Below, piece by piece: positions 13,491 to 26,920 of a DNA stretch of 64,000 nucleotides. How positions within the stretch are numbered: position 1 is the stretch's first letter; each line of letters starts with the position of its first letter. The stretch is from Camelus ferus (lineage: Eukaryota), in NCBI RefSeq assembly GCF_009834535.1, contig NC_045697.1, positions 92,134,001-92,198,000 on the forward strand, read 5' to 3'. A program made the translations under genes and the position numbers. A model generated the notes under the pieces. It was not told the DNA's origin. It saw only the letters and a list, made by a program, of their open reading frames with translations, and made no database searches.

Positions 13491-15696
13491 CTCTGGGGCC
13501 AGATTTTAACACCCATAAATACCAAATTAAAAGTAGTTACCTTATTATTGCTAGTAAGAGGCAAGTATCAAGAAGTGATTAAAAATTAACTGATGCAGTT
13601 ACATATTTAAGAAAGATGATTCTAGGGTCAGTTTGAAAAGTGGAGTGAATAAAGACATTTAAGGAGACTGGAAAACTAGAATTTTTGACTTCTGTACAGA
13701 GGGCAGGAGGGCCTGAGCATGGGTGAGGTTTTACTTACTCTGATCAGTTCCACCTCCATACCCATGACCCTACTTATGAACTGTGCCACAAGAATTCCTA
13801 AAAATTTCTCCCTCTTCACCTAGTACCTCAGGGAATCTCCTCCAATTGCTACCCACCAAAGCTACTTGCTTTGCCACTGTTTTTGTAGACCTGATTCTAG
13901 GCTTGCTCATGACAAGTTTCACTGCTTCTTGATATCTTAGATCTAGATTTGACTTCCTAAAGTCATACTTCATCCTTTCCCACTTTTGCACCAACTTTAT
14001 TTCCTAGGACTCCTAATTTGAGACTAAGCTTGGTCAGGACACTTAAAATGAAGCAGAAGGGGTGTTTCAACAAGAAACTCGATCCTTTCACTCAAAGATC
14101 TTACTGAGCCTCAGAGCAGGTTTTGAGGCATCTCTCTTTCCGTGCCCACCTCTTGCGAGCCTCAAAGTCCAATGGGCTTTACCTCCACAATACATTTTGA
14201 AGGATCTAGGTCAATACTACCTGGGCTTAACTAGAAATAGTGTAATCCTCTCTTACGCCTACTGTAAACATCACCTATAAATGTTCCATGAGGTTTGCTT
14301 CTGTGGCAAATTTGAAATCTTTCATGGAATGGGAGCAGTTAATAATGTATTGACTATTCTATTTATACACATTCATACATATTACACCAGTGTGTCAATG
14401 TGTAGGTTGTGACTAAAGGCCACATCCTGACTAGCAGCCATCACACAGAGAATACAGCAGATTAATTCATTGTGATTTATAAAAGTGATATGCATTCTTA
14501 ATATGAATTATTTGTTTAATTAACACCTTCTGCCTTAACAAGGTGTGTTAACATATGGAAGCATCTGTTAAGCCTGGCCTCCTGATGTGAAATGCAAGAT
14601 TTCTGAAATTTAAACATTTGCACGTATGTATGAACACACATTCAATGGCTGTAATTGGCATAGCTCTCATTTAAACAAATAGTTTTATGGGTAAAAGTTT
14701 AAAAAAAAAATCACAATTGATTACCTCCACACCCCAAAAAAAATGTTAAAAAAAAAAGAATCACACTTCATGATGAGGTAAGTTCTTATTTTAAAGCTGT
14801 GTTGCTCCAGTATATGACAACTAACCGTCTGGTCACTACAATAATGCAGTTTGTTAGACAGTTGGAGCAATCAGAGGAATTAGCATTAATCTGAAAAAGC
14901 TTTATAAAAGAAAACACTTTGTAAAAGTAGGTAAGAAAACTTGGTGGAAAAGCGGAAGGGCAATCCACTGTACAGAAGCAGAGAAGTTAGAATTTTTAAA
15001 ATTTGTCTCAGGATTTTTGATGCCCCTTCTTAAGAACATGTGGGGGGAAAAATCAATTATAATACAGAAAATAAACAACTGCAAGGGTATATTTGAGGGA
15101 GGTTAGTGTAAAGTCAACTTAGTGTCTGTGATTAGGAGTTTCAGTTTCATTTGACAGGTAAGTAGGAGTCAGTGTAGGAGTCAAAGGGGGTGAACTGACT
15201 GCAGTATATAAATCAGTAGTGGAAGAAGTAGCCTATCACCTGACAGCTTTAGCTACCGTTCAGTCATAGAGTGTTTAGGAGTGAAGCCAAACATTATGAT
15301 GGCAAGAATCAAAAAGAAATTTATAGACATAAGAAATATCTGAGGAAGAAAAGATTAAAATAAATGAGTGACTGTCTTGATCCTTAAAACTGTGAACAAC
15401 TGAACAGTATTAACAATGGAAGAGATTTTAGGTAAGGAAAGAGGTTTTGCAGTTGTAAGTAAGGAAATAGTTTCTGTATAGGAATATTGGCTATTAGATA
15501 TCAGTGTGCAAGTAGAAATATTTTTGAAGGGCCAAAATTTTTTTTAAGAATAAGGTTAAGTCTCTATCAGTAGAAATATTCAGAAATCTGTGTTATTGGC
15601 TGACCAGCAGATGGACCAGATGCTGCAAATGTAGTTTTCTATCTGTGTGACTTTTTCAGTTTTATTATTAACATTGTCTCCTTTCAAGAGTTCCTG

Positions 15697-15763
15697 GTGT
15701 GTGTGTGTGTGTCTGTGTGTGTGTGTGTGTTTCTGTGTGTGTCTGTGTGTGTGTATGTGCGTG
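15697..15763. repeat. Imperfect (TG)n microsatellite
   Basis: Read directly from the sequence. Confidence 0.95.
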
Positions 15764-16923
15764 CCCACATATGCTATTTCTGTCGTCTTGCTGCTTTTTG
15801 TCTGCTTCGTGGTGCTGAGCCTCAGCATTGGAAAACAGGCAACAGCAGGTTGAGTGTTAAATGAAAAGTATAAAAATGGAAGTAGCAGACTAAAGTTGAT
15901 GTGGTGAGATTCATAAGACTAGGGGATTAAGGGAAAAGAGAAACTGCTCCTTTCCAGTATTTGCTTAAAAAGATGTAATGGAGTAAGATATAACCATTTG
16001 CCATACAATTAAGATAAAAAAAATAATCACCAATCTTAGAAAACTTGTTAGGCTCCACTAACCATGCCATGATACCCTGTCCCACTTAAAAGTCCTCGTG
16101 GGATAATGAGAGCTAAGCCTAAAAAAGGAGCAGGCTCAGACTTTGGGGATGGAAACATTCTCAGACAAATCATGACACTCTCAAGGAGCACACAGAAGCA
16201 GAAAGAGAAAATGAAAAAAAAAAAAAAAAACTACTTCAAGATTTTAGATGCTTGTGAAAATACATATCCGAAATGTCTGTAGGTGAAAATATTATTTAAA
16301 AGGAAATGCCAATTCTTGCTACTCAAGTTTTAGCATTAAAATAATTCATTTTATATGTCAGACTAAAGAAACACATAAGAAGCAGCAGAATTTTTAGAAG
16401 TAAAAAGAGTAAGATAAAGTTCAGTACCTAAAAATCTTTAGATTCTATGGTTTGTAAAAATACATTGTGAATTCAGTTGAGCCATTTTAACCCTAATTAG
16501 AACAGAATAGAAACATCAACTCTAGATAAAGAAATTGTGCCCTTTCACTGAAAACCTCAAAAAAGAAATAATTATCCAAGTTCATTATTTTTCTTTGTTT
16601 TAGTATTATTTTCTTTATCATAATCCTATATCAAACAAAATAATTCATGACAATTTGAAAACGTATTTTCTTCTGTTTTTCATTCTGGACATTTGCAATA
16701 ATTATTCCTCCTTTAGAATGTCTCCTGTTCTCTTATTCAGAACCTCTTTTCAGCTTCCTGTTTGATTTTTTTAGACATCAACTTTTGTTTCCTTTAACAC
16801 ATTTTTATTTTCACTTTGATATTTTTATCTGATTAATAATAATCTTGTGAAATGATTTTCCAAGTGAAAGCTGGACAGTCTCTGGTTGAGTCAGCTCAGA
16901 TGACTAATGGGAATTAAGAGTTT

Positions 16924-16926
<3 letters not shown>

Positions 16927-16972
<46 letters not shown>
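16927..16972. repeat. (GT)n microsatellite
   Basis: Read directly from the sequence. Confidence 0.97.
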
Positions 16973-16974
<2 letters not shown>

Positions 16975-17439
16975 AATATCTATCCATCCATTATTTCCCA
17001 GGCCTTTTCTCTTTCTTGGAAATGTCCCCAAGGTCATGTCTAATTTCAGAGCCCCTCAGCCATGCCCCAACTTCCCTGACCCCCTTTTATTTTTAGAGAA
17101 ACCCTCCTTTTTCTTTCCTAGTTTCCTTTAGAGGAACCCTCAGTTTCATTTCTTCTCAAACTCAATTGTTGTCTAGTTCTTTCATGATAGTCCTGAAGTT
17201 TTGTCAAAACTAGATCTGAATCATTAGCAATTGAAAAAGACTTTGACTTTCTTTGAGAGATTTGGAATTAAACTTCAGGAAGAAAGGAAATCATTCTCAT
17301 CTCACTCTCCCGTTATGACAAATAAAGGAAATAAAACAGCAATGTTTCAGTATTCGAACAGTCCAAACATTTTAATCCTGTACACAGTCATAAAAAATAA
17401 ATGTTGATGAAGTGATTAAGTGACGTAGTTGAAGGCTTA

Positions 17440-17837
17440 TCCCTTGTCACTTTCCACCACAAAGGGTGGGAAACCTTCCTTGCAGCTTGACATGGGCCTG
17501 TGACACAGCTCTGTTCCCAAGGGGAGGGAGGTCATCTGGTGGTGATGGTGGTGGATAAAGGTTTTTTTGGTAAAATGATCAAATGAGGGTGAATAGGATG
17601 TGATACCTGGAGATGCAGCATTCTCTCTATGACCACAAGACAAGGCAACAGGATGTGCCCTGAGGATAGTGAAGCAGAAAAATGAAGGTCCTGGGTCATG
17701 GATGGATTCTGGGAACAACTGAACCACTACCATCAACTGTCTACATTCTAGCATTTCTTACTGCATAAGAGAAATTTCTTTGATTAATTACTGGTCTGGT
17801 TTTCTGTCATTTGCAATCAAAACTAGTACTAACACAC
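17440..17837 (+). mobile_element. ERVL/MaLR-class LTR (MLT1J/LTR16-like)
   Basis: ccttgcagct..gggcctgtgac; ggatgtgatacctggagatgcagc; gtcctgggtc; ttttctgtcatttgcaatc terminus. Confidence 0.7.
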
Positions 17838-19084
17838 TGTTCAAAGCTTCATCCTCATGAATACATGCCCTGGAGCCGACACTGTAACAAAGCCAAGTGT
17901 ATTTCTCATAGATGAGGACTCTTGTCCATTGTGGCCCTGACCATCAGCATCCCCTGGGGAGAAAAGCTTGTTTAACTTTAGCTGTGTCTGTTTGAGCCAC
18001 AAATCTAAGAGTTGGGAGGAGGGAAAGGTATTGAACATTAGCTGGATGCTGTCTTTTCCTCCACCCCACTTGAATGAAACCTATTTTCTTCCTATGGCTA
18101 AAATCAGTCTTGCAAATTGGCTTCTTCTGTCTCAATTACCAGTTCAGGACACATGTTCAGGCACACTTGGATCCTTACTTTGTCCAAGTTGGGATGTCCA
18201 GTATTTTTATAACACTTACGCAACTTACTGAATTACAAGTATCCGGAGTGGCAATATGTTATTCAACAACTCTCAAGTAGTGATGTAGACAAGCCCACCC
18301 CATTTATTAGCACAAATTGATAAGAACTAGTCATAGATCGTATCTATGACTAGTTCTCTGTCTAGATTTTGGATAAATAAGTTCCCTTCTTAGGAATTGT
18401 TGTTTCCTCTAGATATCAATCTTAGGTCTTTAACTTAACTTCATAGGACTTGTGATTTCTTTTCTGTCCACCATTAACTGTTTCACACTCTTAGATGTTC
18501 AGATTGTTGGAAGAAACTTTTCTTACAGATTATCACAGCTCTCTTGTTTTAATTTATTTCTTTTTCTACTTTAATCAGTTTTGTATAGTCTTCCAAAGTT
18601 TTTCTTCTCAAAGTTTGTTGACCACTTTGAAGTTATCTTCACCTTGAAGATATTCCTTCATAATATTGTAAGATTATCTATTAAGTAAAATATGCCAGAC
18701 AATATATGTTACAAATATTATAATCTGAGTTTAGGTTATTTATTTACATGTCATACAGCTAAAAGTATTAACAATATACAATGTTTCATATATTTTTAGA
18801 ATATTTAAACATCTAGTTTCTACAAATATGGTTTTTATGTCCTTACTGTATTTCGTATTGGCTTGATGAGGAAAACTTGTGTATCATGAGGGCAAAATTA
18901 AATTCCTGACTTTATAGTTATATACAAAGGTGAAAGCTTGAGCTTCCTATATATAATGTTTAAATCATTCAATAATTGCAAAACTATTTTTAATTATACA
19001 TTTTTTTAAAAAACCTAGTATTTCCTATAGCCATAGAGTACATTGTGACAAATGCAATCACTGGAAGGCTTGTTCTGCTGTCTA

Positions 19085-19245
19085 GGGCAGTAGAAGGAAC
19101 ATGGGCTTTAGAATTTAGCAAGGGCGGGCTTAGCATCGCCTTTCCACGCTCTGTCTCTGTCACCTGAGGGCATCACTTTACTTCTTTACACCTCAGTGGC
19201 CTTAATTGTGAGTGGTAATAATAGTGGCTATTTAGTATTGTGATA
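19085..19245 (+). mobile_element. MIR SINE
   Basis: gtagaaggaacatgggctttag..cacctcagt..taataatag. Confidence 0.6.
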
Positions 19246-19779
19246 TTTTTCTTCATCTCTTTTAAAATTAAACATATAAACCAACAAGCCTTTTTTCTGA
19301 CAATACCTTTGTTCTCTGACAACTAAAGATTTAATTTCCTCATGGAATGAACCTTTTTCAATTAACTAGGTTTATTCTCCAAATCAAACTTCCTCCATTT
19401 CAGAATAGCTTAAAATTTTTGGACTAATGCTACTGTTCTGTGTTTACATTTATGGCAAGTTTTTTTCTCTCTCTGTCACCCATGGCTTCCGTTATTTGAG
19501 ATATAGCAAATGCATTGACCATTCCTTTGATGAACTTGTTAGCTTGTTGACTCTCTGCCTAAGATAGAATGTTTGCTATTTCCTGTCATTTTCATGTAGG
19601 TTATTCCTGCTTGAGCTGTGTTTTTCACAGATTTAAAAGTGAAAAAACTAGCCACATTTCTCTTTTTAAATGTCCTTCTCATTCAGATGATCCTTCTCAT
19701 TGGCATTCGGTGGCGTCTCTAGCACTTACCATCACCTGTTACTTCAGCTTTATTAGTAAAAATGGTGAAGTGTCTTTCG

Positions 19780-20320
19780 GTTTCCCTGGTGTCATAACGC
19801 AAGGGGACTCATATGGAAGGTATGGTGAGCCCAGTGGTGGTGAGATCCACTGGGCAGAGAAAGGAGACCAGGCTCAGGAGAGGTGGCGCAGCAGCAGCTC
19901 TGGGCCTGCCTCCCAGGCCCTCGCTCAGCTCTGATTTCAGCTGTGACTGTGGCGGATGGCTTTCTGCAAACTCAGACTCATCTGACACCAACTCACCTGA
20001 AGTTGACCATGTGTCTTTCCATTCTCTGATCTGGAGAATTCTCTGGCACTACAGGAACCTGCTTAATCTACTCTGCCATCTTTTAAGTGAACAATTCTGA
20101 ATGACATCATTTTTTATACTTCTCAGAAGGTTTCAGAAGGTCAAGCCAATCTGTCTCTTAGTAGTAACCTCAAAGTGCTTCCTTATCCAGGTTTTTCTTT
20201 CTTCCATGACCAGTCTGTCTCCTCCTTTTCTCCTGCTTCATGAAGTCAGCCATCGAATACACCGCCTCCACCCAAACCCTTATCTCTGACTCTGCTTCTG
20301 GGGAAACTGTACCTAGAACA
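19780..20320 (+). mobile_element. Probable ERVL LTR
   Basis: GC-richer block ending aaacccttatctctgactctgcttctggggaaactgtacctagaaca (LTR16/33-type end). 5' boundary unsure. Confidence 0.4.
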
Positions 20321-21384
20321 GGTGTATTCTGTGAAAGGTTGCCCCTTATTCATATAGTTCCCAGGGGCGATGCCCAGAAAAGCACCTAAACCCAGGAATG
20401 GTGCAAACAATGTCAGGTATAAGAAGGAAATCTAATTTTGTAGTTAGGTTCAGACAGGAAGGAAAGAAGGGTGACACCATTTTTGTTCTGGGAAGTTGGC
20501 CCATTCATAGTGGGGTCTCAGCAGACAACTGAGAAAACGAGAGCCTTTATAACAGCAAGGTGTGGTACAGCCAGACAGGCCAATCCCAGCACAGAGCTCC
20601 TGGTTCACCCATCCGAGGAATGAATCTGCTGATAGAGGACCTAAGTTGGAAACTCATATGTGACACTGTTTCAACATGTCAAGGTCAAGTGAGGAATGCT
20701 GCAATTCAGAAGCTACATAGGAGTCCCTAAACTCATTTATAGAACCTGAAATACTAGGTATTTGCAATAAGATGACTCCAAACATTTTAAGCTAGTTTTC
20801 TGGGTTGCTTTTTGTTCTTATTTTCCAAGTGAATGGCATTTGTCACTTCATCTTCCTATTTGAGAAAAGTAAGAGCTAACACAAATAGATCAGTATTTTT
20901 CTATTTTTTATGTTAATATTGTGGAGGCACTTGGAGTTTAGAGAGATGGAAGAAGGAAGGAGTATAACTCTCTATCTCCCTTTGTCCTTGGAACCTCAGA
21001 GTCACTTCCATGGAATCCTTTGTGTTCCGGGAAACAAGGACCCTTGTCTTATGTGGCTTTAATTCTCCATAGTGTCTACTTGATGAAAAGTTTTGAAACT
21101 TAACTTCTACAATGCACAATTAAATGGATAATTCTTAGAGGTGAAATGGATAATTTATAAAGGATGCTTATATTTCCCAGATTTCTGAAGCAGTCTGAGC
21201 AGAGCAAAGTGGAGAACAGGTGGTAACTTTAAGGCCTCAATACAACATCCAACCAGTAACTAGATAAACAATTACCATGGAGATGGCTTAACTTTCTGTT
21301 GCTGTCCTTCTGGAAAAAAAGAGTTTGTCATGTGGCATAGCTTTGGCTACTATGTTAGGCCCCATGGGAAAATTTTCCCAGTTG

Positions 21385-21562
21385 CTGACGGGTCTTGCAA
21401 GTCATAAGATCTGTGTTCAAATCTCAGCTTTATCACATGGTGACCATATAACTTTGGACAAGTCACCTCATTTCAGTGTTTCCCTTTCTGCTAAATGAGT
21501 GGTTATCTTGAAATAGATAACCAATATCCAAGGCCCCTTCAAACTCCAGCAATTTTATTCTA
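21385..21562 (+). mobile_element. MIR3 SINE
   Basis: tgtgttcaaatctcagct..tttggacaagtcac..aaggccccttcaaactc. Confidence 0.7.
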
Positions 21563-24553
21563 GTTCACAGGCAGCCCAAATGTTCATAAAATATTCTGGA
21601 ATTGACAGTACATGAGATTCTCAAGTGAACAAAATGAGTCATTTTTGGATATTTATATTAAACATTTAACGATCATTTTATTCCTCTCAAAATGCATATT
21701 TATTTTTGGTTTAGGCATTGAGGTGTAGATTTAAGTTTTGTTGGCATGAACGCTCTGGCCATTTTTATAAAAGAATGATACACTTGGGAGATTAAAAATT
21801 CTAAAATGCAAAAAAGCCTAGGAAACGTAAACTATATTTTAGTGAACCAACTGATTTTGCAATTGTCAAATGCATTTATATTCACGTTCACAATAGGTTT
21901 CATTAGAGATTCTTAGCATATTTTTACTACATGATTAAAACCTTTATAATGTTTGAAGACATCTCTCCTAAAAGAACAAATGCAATAGAAACAGATGAAC
22001 TCAAATAAGATAATATATGTGAAAAAAATTTTTAATTATAAAGTGTTATAAACATGTAAAGGAGTATTATAATTAGGTGTAATATAGTTACTGAAGTTGT
22101 ATAAATTATTTATAGATAATTTTTAAAAGTCAAAATGACACATTAGATGTCATACTCTTATTTTTATTTTTGTTATATATTTTGGGAATCTCAAGTAGAA
22201 TTCCATGCTCACAGCTGCTGATTGTACTCACATGTTGATCTGGGCTAAGGAATACCAAAACTGATCAGTTTTTGTGGTGTAAGAGTTTGTGGGTTTTCTA
22301 GGCTACTTCTTGGTGAAGTGTTAACCCTCTATGCAGGATAATGAAATCTCTGGGCTAGCAAAAGTATAATGGATAGAAGTGGAAATTGAACTTGCACTCT
22401 AGTAATAATGAAATGGGAATTTGGAGAATTACACTAGGGAACAAAGGGGATCTAGCACTGTCGCGTTGTAGTCATTTAGTTGGATCACACTTACCAATGG
22501 CAGAGACTGAGGCTTCTGAAGAAAAGGCTCTCTCAGCAACATCAGGATGGAGGGTGGGGGTTAGTCAAGGGGGAACCTGCAATCCATAGATTTATCAGCT
22601 TGCCCACCAGGCTGTAGATTGCCCCTAGCAACATCCTGTTCTCTCTAGGCTAATGTGTAAAGGAGCTCATAAGTTCTCAGTCCCCACCAGGTACCTCTTT
22701 TGTGGAGACCCAGTCTTGAGAATGCCACAAAGAAAAGTCAACATCCTGGTGTCGAGTAGGTTTTAGATCCTTTGTTTGGGATGAGGAAAAGCGTAACAAG
22801 AGTGTAGCTAATTCTTCCTCATGATAAGTATGTAAATTAAGTTCAGTGCTCAGTGAATCAGTGACTCTACCAGTCTAATAAATGTTGGGTGCTTAAAAAA
22901 TGCATAAATTATAGAGGAAAAATAAAACAAGTAAAGTATAAAGTGAAATTAGAAGGATGTTTTCTAGATGAGCTATTTGATTCCAAAAGTTGTTATTTTG
23001 GATTCCTCTTCTAGTTACTTGTATAGAAAAATATTTTACTTCATTTTTCAATGAGTCAAACTACTTGTTCTCACTCTTTCTGGCCCAGGCTTGGTTGAAG
23101 CTTTTTGGAGATGTGAGAGACAGCAGCCTTTATACTGCCTACATGGCTGATGCGTTAGGATCTAGGAGGTGGCGAAAGGTAAGGTGTACTTGGTAAATTG
23201 CATTATTTTTCTTGCAATTCTGGCAGTGTAGTTATGTGCTCTGGGTCAGCCTGTTTTCTATGCACAGACGGAGGAATTAGATTCATTCTGGCAGTAAGAA
23301 AAATCAGCACTAGAAAATAGATTCCCCAGAGTCACACTCAATTGCTTGGCTCACTGAGCTATGTTGCTTCTGAGGTGGTTCTGAATCTGTCCTCAAGTCT
23401 TACAGGTATTTCAGACAACTGCCAACCAAGCCTATGAAAGTAGTTTATGTGGATGTAAGCTTACACTGCTCTGAACTTTCACTTTTTAAAAACTAGATGA
23501 TTCTTTAACAATGTAATAAACATCTGCTAAATATAAACTTAACAATCTCCCATAAAAACAAATCTCATGACAAAGAAAGAAAATGGAAGTACATGACTTG
23601 AAGGTTTATAGTCTGATTTTCATTGAGACCATTGTCAGATTTCCTTTGGCCAATGCAGAGATTTTGTGTGACTGTATTGAGAGTCAGTGCTTATCTTTCT
23701 GTTGATGTTAGAGGCTTTTATTAGAGAAATTATTAATAGAATGCTTACCCTAAGTCTTGGCTTGTTATTCAAAATCCTTCCCAAATAAAAATATTTCAAA
23801 ATGGAAATGACTGTTACCCCTGTTTTCAGTAACATTCAACCTTGACAATTTTAGAGGACTAAATGCTGCTTAGAGACACTCTGTTTTCTGCTGGTCAATG
23901 CCATTGACTTTAGAAAATATCTGAAAACAGAGATCTCAGTTCATTGCAGCTTTTTTCCAATTTTCTCACAAAGTTCTCCTTCTTTATTTCGTTAAAACCA
24001 ATTAGGCATATTGCACTGGCAGAGATTAATACTGCTAAATGTCAATGATGTGTCTGCTTTGAAAAAACTATTGAGCTGAAGAGTAAATAGCAATACAATA
24101 AAAATGGCCTGACATCTTCCTTGCAAGAAAGCAGAGAGCTGCGAGATGGCAGGGAGAGTAAAGAAGGGGATAATAATGGTTGATCACTAAATTGATTTTA
24201 GTAGTTCGTGTTCCCAGATAATCCACTGAATATACATACAGAAAACAAAGCAAACCAAAAGGAAGTGATGGAAGGTCATAGCTGGTGGGTACCAGTCTGT
24301 GACATAAGTGGCGCTATTGGCAAGGCTCTCAAGAATGTGTTAAAAATGAAATAGTGACCTATTCTCTTCTGTATGGCTCCAAATGTCATTAATTAGCAGC
24401 ATTCTTGAAAAGTCCCGTGGTCCTCCAGGCATATGGACTGTATTGTTCAGTTTCTAAAATCTAGTTTCCATAAGAAATCTCAAACTCTGCAGCCAAACAT
24501 CACATATAACAGAAATATTCTTCTTAGTTGGAAACCGAGGTGACTGGCTAGAT

Positions 24554-24900
24554 CAGAGCAACCAGCCATCTAGCCAGGGCACCAAACCGGCCTGCCACCT
24601 TTTTGTAAGGCCCTAGGGCTAAGAATATTTTTAAAAACATGTTTATGGCTGAAAAAATCAAAAGTAGAATAATATTCTGTGATGTGTGAAAATTACATGA
24701 AACTCAAATTTCAGTGTCTACAAAAAAAGTTTTCTCAGAATACAGCCACACCTATTTGTTTCTGTTTCTGTTTTACCCGTGGCTGCTTTTGCCATGTAAA
24801 TACAATGGCAGAGTTGAGTGGTTGCCACAGGTAGCATACAGCATGCAAGGACTAAAACGTTTACTACCTGGCCCCACACAGAAAGTTTGTTGACATTTAG
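24554..24900 (+). mobile_element. MER58B-like hAT MITE
   Basis: gctaagaat..aatcaaaagtagaataata..aaatttcagtgtc..tacaatggcagagttgagt..tttactacctggccc. Confidence 0.85.
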
Positions 24901-25109
24901 GATAAATAATTATTTAAGAATAAGTTTGAGGCTTCAAGTTTGATGTTGAATTTTTTTTTTCTTTCTGTATTCAATTTTCAAACGTAAGAAGAGGAAGTAA
25001 AATTTGTGGGAGGATAAGAGGAAAGAAAATTGCAAAAAGTTGAGTTTTATTTAAGAGCTGGAAATTACTCTGTGTATTAATATTAGTCAAAAGGGTCAAA
25101 ATACTGATA

Positions 25110-25435
25110 ATTGCCACAAAAGTGATAGATCTAAATCCACTGTGCTGAGTAACAGAAGCCAGACACAAAAGAGCACATACTATATGATTCCATACATACG
25201 CAATTCTAGAAAATGCAAGTGCATTTCAGATGACTAAAAGCTGATCGGTTGTTGTCTTTGGACATGAAAGAGGAGAAGGAAGGATGGATTGCAAAAGACA
25301 TAATCTATTTTTGGAAATTTTGAGAATGTTCTGTATCTTGATTGGAGGTGCACCTGACAAAATCCGTCCAATTGTATACTTTAAATAGGTGCAGATCATT
25401 GTACCTAAGTTATGCCTCAATAAAGTTGATTTAGA
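25110..25435 (+). mobile_element. Old L1 (L1MD/ME-like) 3' end
   Basis: gaagccagacacaaaagagcacatactatatgattcca..ttatgcctcaataaagttgattt. Confidence 0.8.
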
Positions 25436-26719
25436 GATAGCCATGTTGTGATTGAAAGTTATAATTTTCTAGATCCAAAGCAACCTTTTAACCAGTATTT
25501 AATTTTTTCCTTTAGCATGTTTATGCAACCTCATGATTCAAGCTCAGACTGTTGCTGATGGAGCAAAATCACACTGGATGCACTTTTTCCCACCATTTCC
25601 ATGAAAGAGCTACCTCTGCAGCCTGCACCTAGTCATCAGTGTGTCGTGAAATGCTAGAAATGTTACTTTATGAGAATATGCGAGATTGGCATTAAACCAG
25701 GCTGCGTAATCTGTTTTTGTTTTCATCATACCTAGCCATAAGCGATTCAAGATGCCGTGATGAAGTGTGAAAGGAAATAAACTAATTTCAGTGGATATTG
25801 CCATTTCCCCCTCTACTCTCTATTCTTGTCATCCCAAGGCACTTACATCTTATGCTAATAAGGTCTCCCATGTCCCTTGTTCCTTATTTTATAAAGCGTT
25901 CTTTTACATAGTATAGTTCTGTATTATAGTCTGGCTAAATATAATTAATCTCTTGCTGGAGATAATAGATCCTTGACCTTGTAGGAAGTTATTTATGTGG
26001 TTGTTGGTTGTATACCTATTTTTAGACTTACCCTTTAAAGTATAATGTTGTAGTTGATTTTCTTTCAAGCTACCATTTGTTCTATGATTTAAAAATGCAA
26101 AAGGTAATGATTTGATTTTAGTCATTGGAACTAGGGTTTAATTATAAAGTTATTCTTCTTCCCCTTTGACAGAAAAAGGAAGCCATAGAGTTTTCATGTA
26201 GCTGAAGACAAGGAGTACAAACAAGATGGTGACTGTTACTCTGGCAACACAACATTTGTATGTATTCATTTATTGAATTTTCCACCAGATATTTTCAATA
26301 CAGAATATTGAAAAAGTTTGTTTATGTTTCTAGGTTTTATTTATATCACAGTTACATGTGTTTAAATTTAACTCTGTTTTTCCACAGAGGACTGAATTGC
26401 TCTTTTCGTTAACTATTAACAGTTGTTTTAAGTTTTCAGACACACTTTTTGGTTATTATCCTTGCAACTTTTTAAAACAGGACATCTGAGAAGGGATTTT
26501 TTTTTTCCTTATTACCTTATATGGTAAAGGTATGTAAACTTAAGAGTTCTAAAAAAAGTCCCAAATCTTGTGTTTTCCTTTACTCTTCTTTTCCATTATT
26601 TGCTTTTAATTTTTAAAATCAATTTCCACAGCTTCAGCTCTGATTTTGACTTTATTTTTTACTAGACTTTGTCTGTTTTTTCCTTGACCAAGGTTGTATC
26701 CAAGCTGGCTGGGAGGTAC

Positions 26720-26920
26720 CCTAGTAGAGGGAAAACAACATGGATTTTGGACTTGCGAAGAAGTGAACCTGTTACCTGTTGGACTACCACCTCGTTGTGA
26801 CCACAGGTGAGCTATTCAATTATGCTGAGGCTTATAGACTAACAATAGTTAAATTACTGTGTGGCTTTAAGAATAGAATAAGGCTGTACAGGTAAAGCAC
26901 CTGGAGAGTAAGCACTGGTT
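26720..26920 (+). mobile_element. MIR SINE (degenerate)
   Basis: aacatggattttggac..gtaaagcacctgg..gtaagcact. Confidence 0.5.

Noticed and set aside
19569..20289. Cluster of overlapping ORFs in a GC-richer block
   Set aside because: Better explained by an old LTR; no domain similarity seen.
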